Part shown: positions 52,809 to 64,000 of the stretch, piece after piece
Numbering within the stretch: the first letter of the stretch is position 1
Layout of the letters: every line of letters starts with the position of its first letter
Source: Raja brachyura
Taxonomy: Eukaryota
Reading direction: 5' to 3'
Assembly (NCBI GenBank): GCA_963514005.1
Contig: OY740801.1
Coordinates: 33,418,001-33,482,000 of the forward strand
DNA: 64,000 nucleotides
Program-made: the position numbers and the translations under genes
Notes under the pieces: generated by a model
What the model was told of the DNA's origin: nothing
Seen by the model: the letters and a program-made list of their open reading frames with translations, nothing else
The model's database searches: none

Positions 52809-53425
52809 AGGGTCTGTGCCACTTGGCCGTCATTTACGTTACAGGCCGGTAGTGACTGACGTGCGACGGTCGCGCGCGTCTTCATGCGTCCTCACAACTG
52901 TCTGGAGCGAGTGGCGTCATTTGAAGATCGACACAAAATGCAGGAGTAACTCAGCGGGACCGGCAGCATCTCTGGAGAGAAGGAATGCATGATGTTTCGG
53001 GTCGAGACTATTCTTCAGTCTGAAGAAGGGTCTCGACCCGAAACGTCACCCATTGGTTCTCTCCAGAGATGCTGCCGGTCCTGCTGAGTTACTCCTGCAT
53101 TTTGTGTCTATCTCCAATCGTCTTGGCCCCGCTCTGGGAGTAGGAGTGGGGGCGGATCCGGATTCGCAACGGCCGTGAGCCCCAGGCCAAGCTCGGCGAT
53201 CGTTTGTCTGCTTCTGCTGCTGTTGGAGGTGAGACGTTGCGCCTTGCCAGGGTTTTGGGCCTGTCCCACTTTGGCCGTCAGTTACGCGACGGGCCGGTGG
53301 CGCGTGAAGATTTAGCGCACTCCTCCACTCCACACTCCTCCACGCCACTCCATGCGCCTGTCCCGCGCTACCCACGCGCTAGCAGGTCGCGTAAATGGTG
53401 CGTGAATGTCGGCCAAGTGGGCCCT
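52809..53425. mobile_element. Harbinger-type MITE containing a Penelope-derived palindrome
   Basis: Ends AGGGTCTGTGCCACTTGGCCG and CGGCCAAGTGGGCCCT; TAA TSD; a third TIR copy at ~53257; foldback insert at 52921-53118. Confidence 0.7.
53020..53050 (+). ncRNA. Minimal type-I hammerhead ribozyme-like motif
   Basis: CUGAAGA-A-GGGUC-UC-GACCC-GAAA-CGUC: catalytic boxes, stem II and palindromic ACGU stem III with a GUC cleavage triplet; stem I is weak. Confidence 0.55.
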
Positions 53426-53994
53426 TAAGACTTCACCTGAAGCACTATGTACAATTTTTATACTTTTAAAAGGAATGTATATATTTGCAGGGGAATAGTT
53501 GCAAATCTTGGGGGAGGGGGGGGGCTAGATGGCTGCAACATAGGCCAGAGATTAAAACCAAAGGATTTGTGAAGCTGGACGAAGGAATGTGAGTGGAGAG
53601 GGAGGGAGGAAATGCACGTGGGCCTCTGACTGGCCTGGAGCTGCTGGGGGTCCCTGGTTGGATGTGAGGGGGGGGGGTATAGGGACCCGAGGAGGATGTG
53701 GGGGTGTATTCTGTTTTGTGTTCTTGGGTGCATATGTATAGCTTGGTTACAGATCAGCTGTGATCTTCCAGAATGGCAGAGCAATGTCAAAGACCAGTGG
53801 TGGCCTCCTGCTTCTGTTCATCCAGTATAACTTTTATGACGGCCTTTTAGAGGAATTTATATAAATAATGGCAACATTTGCTTAATTACCTGCCTTTGGG
53901 GGGCATTTTACTGATATTTTGGTTACATCTCTTTGGTTCAATGGCTATAATCTTAAATGAAAAATGATTTTTGTCAGCCTGTTGAATTCTGTTA

Positions 53995-54298
53995 TGGGGC
54001 TGTCCCACTGTACGAGCTAATTCAAGTGTTCTCCCGAGTTTCCCCTGATTCGAACTTGGAGAATTACGGTAATAGCCGCTCGTAGGTACTCGGGTCTCTC
54101 GTGGTCATTTTTCAACATGTTGAAAAATCTTCATGATTCTTCGCGAGCTTACCGCGTAACTGCCATTAGCGTTACGAGCTGCTAAGAGACGTCCCGAGCT
54201 CCGACGTACCCACGACGTACATGCTATGTGCTTATCACAAGTTTTTTTTTTTAACTCGGGAGAGCTCTTGAATTACCCCGTACAGTGGGACAGGCCCT
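53995..54298. mobile_element. PIF/Harbinger-type MITE
   Basis: ~44-bp imperfect TIRs (GGG(G/C)CTGTCCCACTGTACG...TCTCCCGAGTT); TTA TSD on both sides. Confidence 0.85.
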
Positions 54299-54364
54299 TT
54301 AGTGCTGGTGGGTTTTGCAATGTCGACTTTTTAACCATGCTATGAAACAAGGCTTAACCTGGTC

Positions 54365-54926
54365 TTGGTGAGGCCACACCTGGAGTATTGCGTACAGTTT
54401 TTGTGTCCTAATCTGAGGAAATACATTCTTGCCATAGAGGGAGTACAGAGAAGGTTCACCAGACTGATTCCTGGGATGGCAGGTCTTCCATATGAAGAAA
54501 GACTGGATAGACTCGGCTTGTACTCGCTGGAATTTAGAAGATTGAAGGGGGATCTTATAGAGACTTACAAAATTCTTAAGGGGTTGGACAGGCTAGATGC
54601 AGGTAGATTGTTCCCAATGTTGGGGAAGTCCAGAACAAGGGGTCACAGTTTAAGGATAAGAGGGAAGTCTTTTAGGACCGAGATGAGAAAATCATTATCC
54701 ACACAGAGAGTGGTGAATCTGTGAAATTCTCCGCCACAGAAGGTAGTTGAGGCCAGTTCATTGGCTATATTTAAGAGGGAGTTAGATGTGGCCCTTGTGG
54801 CTAAAGGGATCAAGGGGTATGGAGAGAAGGCAGGTACAGGATACTGAGTTGGATGATCAGCCATGATCATGTTGAATGGCGGTGCAGGGCCGAATGGCCT
54901 ACTCCACCTATTTTCTATGTTTCTAT
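54365..54926 (+). mobile_element. HER1-like CR1 3' fragment
   Basis: [25 protein letters not shown]; CTATGTTT tail. Confidence 0.9.
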
Positions 54927-55144
54927 GAACTCTCCCAATACAGCACAAGCCAAGCCTGAAACATTAAATTGTGCATGACATTTATGTTTTTATGTTAAAT
55001 TTGTCATTGTCAGATCCACAATTCAATCAGTCGTTATGGCCACTGATTTGTGGGATCTTGCTATGTGAATGTGGAATCAATATTTCCGATATTGCATTGG
55101 CAAGGGCTCTTCAAAAGTAGGCTAACCAAGATTATCAGCCTGCA

Positions 55145-56145
55145 CAAGATCCATGTCCCTCCATTCCTTGCATATCCGTAGGCCTATCCAAATGCCATTA
55201 ACTTATCTGCTTCAAGCACCGCCCTCAGTCGTGGGATCCAGGCACTCATCACCCTCTACAAAAAGAAACTTGCACCGCACATCTCCTTTACGATATGTCC
55301 CCCTGACCTTAAAGCTATGTCCGCTAGTCTTTGACATTTCCACCCTGGGAGAACGGTTGTGACCGTCTATCCAATCTTTACCTCATATAATTTTATATAC
55401 TTCTATCTGGTGTTCCAGAGAAAACAAACCAAGTTTGTTTTCTCTGGAACACCACCTTTTTGTAGCTAATACCCTCTAATCGAGGCATCATTCTGGTAAA
55501 CTTCCTCTGCACCCTTTCCAAAGCCTCCACATTCTTCCTGTATTGGGACCTCCAGAAATGCATGCAATATACCAAATGCGGCCTAACCAAAGTCCTATAA
55601 TGCTACATCCTGACTTCCTTATACTCAATGCCCCGACCATTGAAGGCAAGCATATATCACACCTTTACCACACCTTTGGACTTGGATCCTAATATCCCTC
55701 TGTACATATGAGTCATGCCATTAATTGTGTATATTTTCCTGGCATGCTACCTCCCAAAGTGCAGTTTCTCACAATTGCGCGAATTAAACGCCATCTGCCA
55801 TTTCTCTTCCCATTTCTGTACCCCGCTGTATACCTTAACACCCTTCCTCACAATTTGTGACCCCAGCAAACTTGGTGACATTTGCAAACTTACCAACCAA
55901 TCAATTTACATATGATTTGGACTTAAATGTAGACCCCAGTACAGATCCCTGCGCATCTACACCTGACCCTCATCGATTACATTTGTCAACACCTCGGAAA
56001 ACTCAATCAAGCTGTTAAGATATGATCTGCTGCATACATAGCCGTGCTGACTGTTCCTAATTAACCCATGCTCTTCCAAATGGGAGTAAACCCTATCCCA
56101 GAGAATGTTCTCCAATAGCTTCTCTAAGCTTACTGGCAAATCTAT
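55145..56145 (-). mobile_element. Old CR1 LINE fragment
   Basis: SQHGYV, VRPHLVYCMHFW, ERVQRKFTRM motifs. Confidence 0.8.
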
Positions 56146-56625
56146 TTGATCTCCATGGTCTTGAGCTGATAAAGGTGTCAAACTTTATCTTATTTGTGCA
56201 TCGTTGTGATGTTGGATGACTGAGATAAAAATGAATTAGGGTTTCTCCTACACAAGCTGTCAATAGTTCCCGAGGCCGCATTATATTACCCTACTCCCTG
56301 TGCCCCACCTCGATGTACTTATTTATCCCCTCTCACTCCTACTAAATTGCTTCCTCTGGCTTCACAATTTGCAACTCTTCAATCACCGTCTTTGTTCTGA
56401 TCATCTGCCTATCAACTACCCCCCCTGCCCTCGCTTGTGTCCACCTATTACCTCCCATACTTTGTTCAGCCTCCTCCCAGCTTTCCTTTCTCCCCACAAT
56501 CGCCATACGATCAGTCTGAAGAGGGGTCTTGACCCAAACATCACCCATCCATGTTCTCCAGAGAGACCCACTGAGTTACTCCAGCACTTTGTGCCCTTTT
56601 ATTGCATATTCATGTTAGGTTTTGC

Positions 56626-56933
56626 ATTTAGACTTTAGAGATACAGTGCAGAAGGAGGCCTTGTGGCCCACAGAGCCTGCGCTGACCAGCGATCAGCCAT
56701 ACACCAACACTATCCTACACACTGGGACAATTTACAATTTTTACCAAAGCCAATTAACCTACTAACCGGTACGTCTTTGGAATGTGAGAGAAAACCAGAG
56801 CACTCTGAGCAAACCCACTCGGTCATAGGGCGAGCGTACAAACTCCATGCAGACAGCACCCATAGTCAGGATCAAACCCAGGTCTCTTGCGCTGTAAGGC
56901 AGCAAATCTACCGTGGTGCTACTGTGCCACCCT
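56626..56933 (-). mobile_element. HE1-type SINE; further old copies at ~6870-7195, 15515-15710, 45105-45340
   Basis: Same family motifs. Confidence 0.8.
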
Positions 56934-57136
56934 TTAAATTGTGAAAATTGCTTCTTATTTTTTATGGGCTGGAACAGGGGAAATAGCTATTGTCCAGACA
57001 TGCTTAAATGCTGTAACTTCCATGGATTGAAGTTGTTCACTCAACTAAATGCCACAGTGTCAGTGAATCGTGCACTGGGACCATTAATGTTTTATCATTT
57101 AACACTTATAATGGTTTTTTGTTTTTGTTTTCACAG

Positions 57137-57381
57137 GCCTTAGTGGAGCAATGGCTAGTATAAGCGTACGCTCAAGTACTCCAGGGTCTCCCACTCATGT
57201 AAGTGGTAGCTCTAACTCTTCTCGCAGGAGAAATGGACTCCACGATGTGGATTTGAACACTTTCATATCAGAAGAAATGGCACTCCATTTGGACAATGGT
57301 GGCACCAGGAAGCGTTCCTCAGCCCAGTGTACTGATGTGATCACTGATTCCCCTACGCACAAACGCAATCGAATGCTTTGA
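57137..57381 (+). CDS. HAPSTR1: HAPSTR1 coding exon 4 (terminal)
   Basis: tttttgttttcacag| acceptor; (G)LSGAMASISVRSSTPGSPTHVS...HDVDLNTFISEEMALHLDNGGTRKR...DSPTHKRNRML-TGA; joined CDS is 816 nt = 271 aa, close to the ~275-aa mammalian protein. Confidence 0.96.
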
Positions 57382-58156
57382 ACTTTTATATTGTCACCAT
57401 GCTACTTGAAAGCCACTTGATACTCGACACTTTCTTGAATGGAAATGGAGGGCCATCGTAACTAGTTTGATTGTGAAAGTACAAGTGAATTCAATAATGA
57501 TTGCCATAAAGGAAGTTCTAACTAATGCAGTAGCTGCCTCTTGTAATTATGGCTTTCCCAGTACTGGTCTTGTGACGGAGGACATTTGATCATTTGTGTA
57601 GTAGTTAGCAAGATCATCATAGGTAAACACATTAGGTTCCAAGCTAAAGTGACCTTAACTTTTATCTCTTCAAGGGAAGGGTGATTTGGATGTTAATTTG
57701 GTTAACATGTTAATTGCCCTTTTTTATTTTCTGCTGTGTTGACTGCTTGAACAGTTGCCAATATATCACTGATATTGTCTATGTTAAAATGGCATCCTCT
57801 GTCAAATCTACAGACTTCCATTTTAAAGTACTGTACTAAGACACAAGTTCATATAGTGCAAGTACATGCGTTGTATCAATATTGGATTACTTTTAGTTAG
57901 ACTCACGCAGCTGCTAATTCTGTCAACTGGAAATGGTGCTATGATGGTCATGCAATGAATATCAAAAAATCAACAAAGATCTTTATTGGATTCACTTCTT
58001 GTGTTTGTGTTGCAAAAAATACAAAAATACTATTGACTTTTCCATAAATTCTAAAATACTCTTGTTATGTTTAAATATATAAATATATATAAATATATGT
58101 AATGTGTATATACTAAGCATTTGAATGCTGGTATGATACTCGTTCTACATAATGTA

Positions 58157-58162
58157 AATAAA
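58157..58162 (+). terminator. Candidate proximal polyadenylation signal
   Basis: AATAAA overlapping TGTAAATA in an AT-rich block. Confidence 0.45.
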
Positions 58163-59411
58163 ATGTGCACACCAAACCCTGGAGTGGATATCCAAAATCA
58201 GAACTACATCATGCTTGGTTTTAAATGTTTCCTCACACAATGGAGCAGGGTCAGATCATTGCGTAGTTGTTGGGACATAACCTTCAGTGGGTAGAAAATG
58301 ACAATTTGGTTTGTGGCCTGCTCACTTTTGAAATTGTCAGCAGTAGTTAGTTAAAGGAGGTTGACATTTTTTTGTGTGAACATATTTGCGTAAACTACTT
58401 GCATAAATCTGAACAATTGCTTTATGTCACGTTGTAATTTGGTAACCTCTGGTTGCATTATGTGGTGTTTAAAAGAGGAGCCTTATGTCAGTTTTGGGGG
58501 GGAATTTTAACTTCTGAATTTACACTGTGGTAAGCAAGCTTAGCAAAAAAAAGTCTGTGATTTTAATGGCGATCCTTTTCAGTTGGTTTTGATTTTCAAG
58601 TTAAAATCTACAAGTGGTCACTACGTAGTCCAACAACTTGCACAGAAACTTGATGTACACACTAACTCGAGCAATTTGCCCATTTGCACATGCAGATACT
58701 GGTCATGGTGGCTATTTTGAGTTGACTTGTTTTCTCACTGAGAAGGCTATGCAAAGTGCAATTTTACTGTTTCAAGTAATACTAACTGGGGGGTATTGTC
58801 TGTTGTCCTCTCCTGCATGTTTGCAGTAGACAACCCAGCCAGCCTAAAAGGTGGCTTGCTTTTTAAGCCCGAGGCAGTAAGGATATGCTGCAAGGCAGCA
58901 CTTTTTTTTGCAATAGTTTAGTTTAGGTAATCTTCCATTGATAGTTCCCTCTTATTCCCCACAAACACCCTGCCCCATTCACTAACTCCAAGCCAGGTAT
59001 GGGTAGTATTAATGGACATTGGAAACCATGTCATTGGTTTCTGGAGAAGGTTATATAATAAATAATTGAAGTGCAAGGAGGGCTGCATCTGATCCTGGAT
59101 TTCCTAATGAAAATTTGCATGGTAAGAACAGAGTACGTTTTTAAAATGCTGACCATCAGACATTTTACTAAATTTTACATTGGTCTCTAGATTCCCTTTG
59201 TCATTGGGAATGTTAGGAACTCTCAATGATCAGGTTTTAGCCTTCCAAAAAAAAGTGTTTTCAGGTCGGGTATTGTGTTAAATTGTCAGTGTGGTTGGTT
59301 GGTGCAGAAGGGGCAGTGTAACACAAAGCTGTCTGTATATTGCAGATTCACTGCTTGAACTAGCATGGTGTGGGGGGGTCTGGTATTGATTTTAACAGGT
59401 TCCCAGTAGAG

Positions 59412-59444
<33 letters not shown>

Positions 59445-60569
59445 TGAAAAACGAATATACGTCCAAAAAGTGAAAATAAGGCTTAGAGCAAACTTTGCAC
59501 TAACAACCTTTCTGTTTACATTTGATTGGCATTTGCATGTCTATCCACACCATTCTTGCCACAACCCTCTGGATTGATTTTTGCGGTAGTTTTTTGGCCA
59601 CTTTTCTAGCTCAATGTATAATTAAATCTAGGTGAAGAACAGTAGGGATAGGTCAGGTCACCACCTTTGAAGCGATTGATAAAATTCCATGTTTTGATAG
59701 TTAAGTTTTAAGTGTTCTGAAAAGATATTGCCAGATCCCTTGGTATAAAAACTGCCTGATGGATTTCTAAGTTGCACGCTGTTTGCTTTTCTTGAAGTAC
59801 TTTCATTTGGTGGAAGCCACTGTAAACTGTAATTGCCATTTTTAAGAATTGGTAACTTACGGTTTTATGCATCAAAAGTTTGTATCAAAATGTTACTTTA
59901 ACTGTAGCGTGCACTTGGAGAAAGATTAAACACCATGCAAATCAGATGTTGCTTTCTTTCCATTGCACCTGTTTACCTGGAAAGCATTTTAAAATGGCTT
60001 CATTTGGGAGTAATTTTTTGTTTTGTCTTTTTCCTCCCTCAGTCTTCTGCAGTTGTGCATTCACTGCGAGGATAGGGACAGAATTGGCAAATTTCAAGTT
60101 GGAAAATTCCTTCTAAAATGTGGAGTTAAAATACAATGCTTGCATCACTCTGGAAAAAAAATTGGTTCATTTTTGCCTTCATCTCCCTGAACTTAAATCC
60201 ATGCCTGTAAGATGGCCAATGTATTTGCTAACCTGAATATTAGTTGCAAAAGAATTACGTTGATTTTGGTTTATTTTTTGTATTCTCATACCCTATTGTA
60301 TGTGGAGGTGAGGGTATTACTGAATGGTACACTAAATTCATGGTCATGGTGCCATTTGGTGTTCAACAGATGTACGTTGTCACTAGAAGATAACTTTCAA
60401 AATATGCCGTTTGCGATGTAATAAGATTTTAATTGTAAATGAATTGCTGTCTTTAGTCAATCTCAGATGCTTTAATTTGTAGCCACAGGACTAGGTCGTG
60501 AAGGTTTGAACTTTTGGCCTTTTAGTCTCCAAATTTTGTTTTTTACTTTGTACACTCGAGTGTCCCATT

Positions 60570-60620
60570 AATAAATCACTGCACTTCCAGAGTGTCTGAT
60601 TGAACTATAACAGTAATAAA
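60570..60620 (+). terminator. Candidate distal polyadenylation signals
   Basis: AATAAA at 60570 and 60615, preceded by U-rich/TGTA sequence and followed by GT-rich ttgtattgtgt. Confidence 0.55.
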
Positions 60621-62371
60621 GATCTATGAATTGTATTGTGTCCAATTTCCATTATAGCACATTAGCTGGTAGATAAGTTTAATTTCTGTGGTTTCTGGTT
60701 TAAAATTCTGGATGCTTTTAATTTGAGTGTGAAACATTTTCTAGCAGTTTTTTCTCCCATTGCTGCCTCAACTGGGAAATAGCAGTACGCTCTGAGCAGC
60801 TGCTTGATCGTTTTCTTGCACATCCCATGCCTTATCAGCCTTTCTCCTTTAAAGAAACTATATTGGCAAGACTAAAATGATTTGAATGAAAACCAGCTAT
60901 TAAGTGCAGTTGGGTAACTATTCCAGACAATTGAGTTATAGTCATAGCTTTACTTCCCCCACCCTAATTTAAATTAATCTCTCCTTCAGTCTTGGACATG
61001 CAATCAAGTACCAAGTAAGAAGAGATTACACAAGTAGGGAGTGGATGAGAAAATGGGATATAGAACTAGTGTGAACAGGAGCAATGGCTGGTGTGGGCAG
61101 AAAGGCCATTTTCCATACTGTATCTCTAAATTAACCAAGTCTGATACCAAATTGTATGGAGGTGTTTAAGAACAATGGAATGCATTCCACAAATCTCCAA
61201 AGTCGCAGAATACATTAATAGGGGTATCAGGAGCCATATGGGGTAGATTTCAATAGCTACGTAATTGCTTAAAGAAACAGAGGTTGCACTCTATGTTAGG
61301 CCATAATTTTACTTGTCCCGTTATAGAAAATCTGAGGCTTCATTTTAATGTGAAATGATGCCAGGGTAGGAGAATTTTAAGATTTGTTGCACTGTTTTCA
61401 GATTTTTTGATTTTCTATGGCCAGCATAGCTTCAATGGGCTGAATGGCATTAGTACTATAAATTTGCATTTATAATAATTCTGGACCAATTCTAATTATA
61501 GACCAATTCTGCTGTTGTAATAGGCTGCTTTGCTGCACACCTCGGTTTGAAGATGGTAATTGACTTCCTCTGAGACGAAACCAAATGTTTAACTTCCCAT
61601 TGTTAGTTAAGTCTTGCAAAATCTGTTTAAATATTGCTAACATCTGTACAGACAATCATTTTTGATATTGCACTGATTAGTAATTTACTGATTAAATTAT
61701 TCCATGTGCAACAGATCTATAATACTTGAATGCTGCATTGATCACTGGCTGATGTATGATGTCAATTAGTGTGCCAAAGATGCAGACCACTTGGTAAAGT
61801 GAAAATAATGGAACTACTTTTTTTCATTAAAAGATTCCATGCAGTGATATTTTTGAAACGAATACACTACGAAAATTGAGTCCTTCCTTCCATGTACTTG
61901 ACTATATATCATTAATGCAACAACATAATTGCAGTACAGTCCAGTAAATAATTCAGCAGGTGAGGTACACCTTTTGTGAGAGGAAAAATAATTTTGGCAC
62001 TTTGTCAGGATGTTAACATTGGCTCCACAGATTGTCTAATCTGCTGAAGTCGTACTCCATTTTTATTCTGACATGGGTGCACTAGACCGATTAGACTGCA
62101 GATCTATTAGTCAAATTTCCAATATCTGCAGTATTTTACTTTAGTTCTCATGAATTTGTGCTTGTGTGGAAGTGTCTGAGTTTTACAACATTTTGAAAAC
62201 TTCCTGCAGAACTACCGTGCCACCTTATTTCTGAAATCTTGTCAAACCAATTTTAAAATCAAGGATGTAGAACTAGTGTGATTTGAATTACAATTTTCTA
62301 TTTGTGCAAATTTGAATGGACAACTTTTAGCTTAGTAAGACTTTATTTGCAGCAAACTTGTCCAGTCCAGG

Positions 62372-62587
62372 ATAGACCCACAATGCTGGAGTAACTCGGG
62401 CAGCATCTCTGGAGTAAAACGATGGATGGGATTTTGGGTTGGCATCATTCTCCAGTCTGAAGAAGGGTCCTGACCCGGAACATCATCCATCCTTTTTCTC
62501 CAGGGATGCTGCCTGATCTGCTGAGTTACTCCAGCACTTTGTGTCTATCTTCTGTATATACCAGCATCTGCAGTTCCTTTGTACACA
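62372..62587. mobile_element. Penelope-derived foldback insert
   Basis: Inverted arms centred on CAGTCTG (~62457); 13-bp TSD TGTC(C/A)AGTCCAGG. Confidence 0.75.
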
Positions 62588-62854
62588 TGTCAAGTCCAGG
62601 GACTGACTAAGATTTGCCTTTAAATCTCTCATATCGTGGCACTTGCAAATAGTACTAATCGTACTTTGACTTCTAATACTGATGTAATGTTTTGTGGATA
62701 GCAGCCAGGATGTGAAGTCATGAGGATATCAGTAACAAGATCGTAGTAACTGGTTGTAAAAATAAAATTGAGCTTGCTCCCATTTTTAGCTAGACTTATA
62801 ATTAAAGTTCTTTGTGACCGTGTCGGCAAGATTGTGTCGGTGACTTCTGTTTTA

Positions 62855-63158
62855 AAGCCACGGCACGAGCTCATTCCAAGAGTTCTCCCTAGTTTGCCCT
62901 GATTCGAACTCGGAGATTTATGGTAATGGCCACTCGTCGGTACTCGGGGCTCTCGTGGTCATGTTGAAAAATCTTCAGGAGTCTTCCCGTGCTTACCTGC
63001 CGTTAGTGAGTCTTCCCGAGTACCTGCCGTTAGCGCTAAGAGACGTTCCCCGAGCTCCGACTTACCCACTACGTTCATTCTCCGTGCTTACAACGAGTTT
63101 GATTTTTTTTTAACTCGGGAGAGCTCTTGCAATGAACTCGTACCGTGGGACAGGGCTT
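62855..63158. mobile_element. PIF/Harbinger-type MITE, second copy
   Basis: Internal sequence homologous to 53995-54298; right TIR ..GTGGGACAGGGCTT; left TIR has a small deletion; TTA TSD. Confidence 0.8.
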
Positions 63159-64000
63159 TTACCTCACCAATTGGAGACCTGTCTGCCCTCCTTCCATATA
63201 TGTCGTGATTTGCATGGTGGAGATTTTTTATGAACCTGACCTGCCACCCAGAGTACATTTACCACTCCCTCACACTGTCAAGTTGGGGAAAACTTTGCCT
63301 CTTGCAATTAACTCAGTCTGCATAAATAGCTGTGAGTAGAGCTTAAAAATCCTGTGAGTGTAGATAGTGACTTGGCTCACCCAGTCTTTCTTTGCAAAAT
63401 CTGCTCTGCTCTTTCCCTATCCTATATATACAGTATCTCTAAACTAAACTAAATATTTAAGGTTTACTTTTTTAGTTCAGATTTTTATCCAATTCTCTGA
63501 AGTTTATTATTGACTCCTGCCCTATCCATGTATTCCAAATCGTGAATTATTAGCATGTAATGATGGAGATATTCAGTCGGCAAGCTGATAGTTTTGATTC
63601 TACATCACTATTGATAGAGTAATTGATCTGAAACATTACCTCTTTCTCACTCGACAGGTCAGGCAGCATTTATGGATATGTTTTAGGGTCATCTGTTCTA
63701 TTTAAGAATGCCAACATCTGCCTTGCTTTTCATTCAGAATTCTTTTGCAAGTTTTTCATATGTTGCTTCTGCTGTTGTTAACCGTTCTCCGTCCATTCAC
63801 TGATTTAGTGGATCATCTCTTGAACCGGTTCCAATCGTGGGTCATCTTAAACATCTCTTGTCTAATGCCTTTACCTTCTATGGCCTTGGGGAAAACAAAG
63901 GTGACTGAAGTCTGTCCATGCAACAGTAATCACCTAAGTTCTAAATTTAATCTCTGCCTATGCCTTTAGTAAAGTCAATTGGACACTACAGCTGGGGCTG

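Larger units (their letters stand above)
57382..60640 (+). other. Probable long 3' UTR of HAPSTR1
   Basis: ~3.2 kb AT/U-rich sequence with no recognisable transposon, in an otherwise repeat-dense locus; ends at tandem AATAAA signals. Confidence 0.65.

Overview
Vertebrate nuclear DNA, most likely a skate or ray, inferred from abundant HE1-type SINEs, HER1/CR1 LINEs and Penelope-derived repeats. There is one host protein-coding gene, HAPSTR1 (C16orf72), on the + strand. It has 4 coding exons (34915-35125, 38014-38094, 40531-40809, 57137-57381; 271 aa), a CpG-island promoter, a C-rich minisatellite in intron 1 and a long 3' UTR with no recognisable transposon. The first ~34 kb is a repeat-dense gene desert. 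Intron 3 holds a nested stack built on an RT-deleted DIRS1 tyrosine-recombinase retrotransposon. The most notable observations are: (i) a P-element-like TIR transposon plus a 28-bp footprint with the geometry of P excision; (ii) two composite non-autonomous retroposons with the same scaffold but unrelated internal VNTRs; (iii) many foldback Penelope-derived inserts with hammerhead-like cores and long TSDs; (iv) a candidate intronic-polyadenylation short HAPSTR1 isoform; (v) a Helitron whose empty site is seen in a paralogue in the window. I see no clear evidence of a wholly new multi-gene system. Most ORFs in the track are repeat-derived or spurious. Repeat boundaries are approximate and were read by eye.
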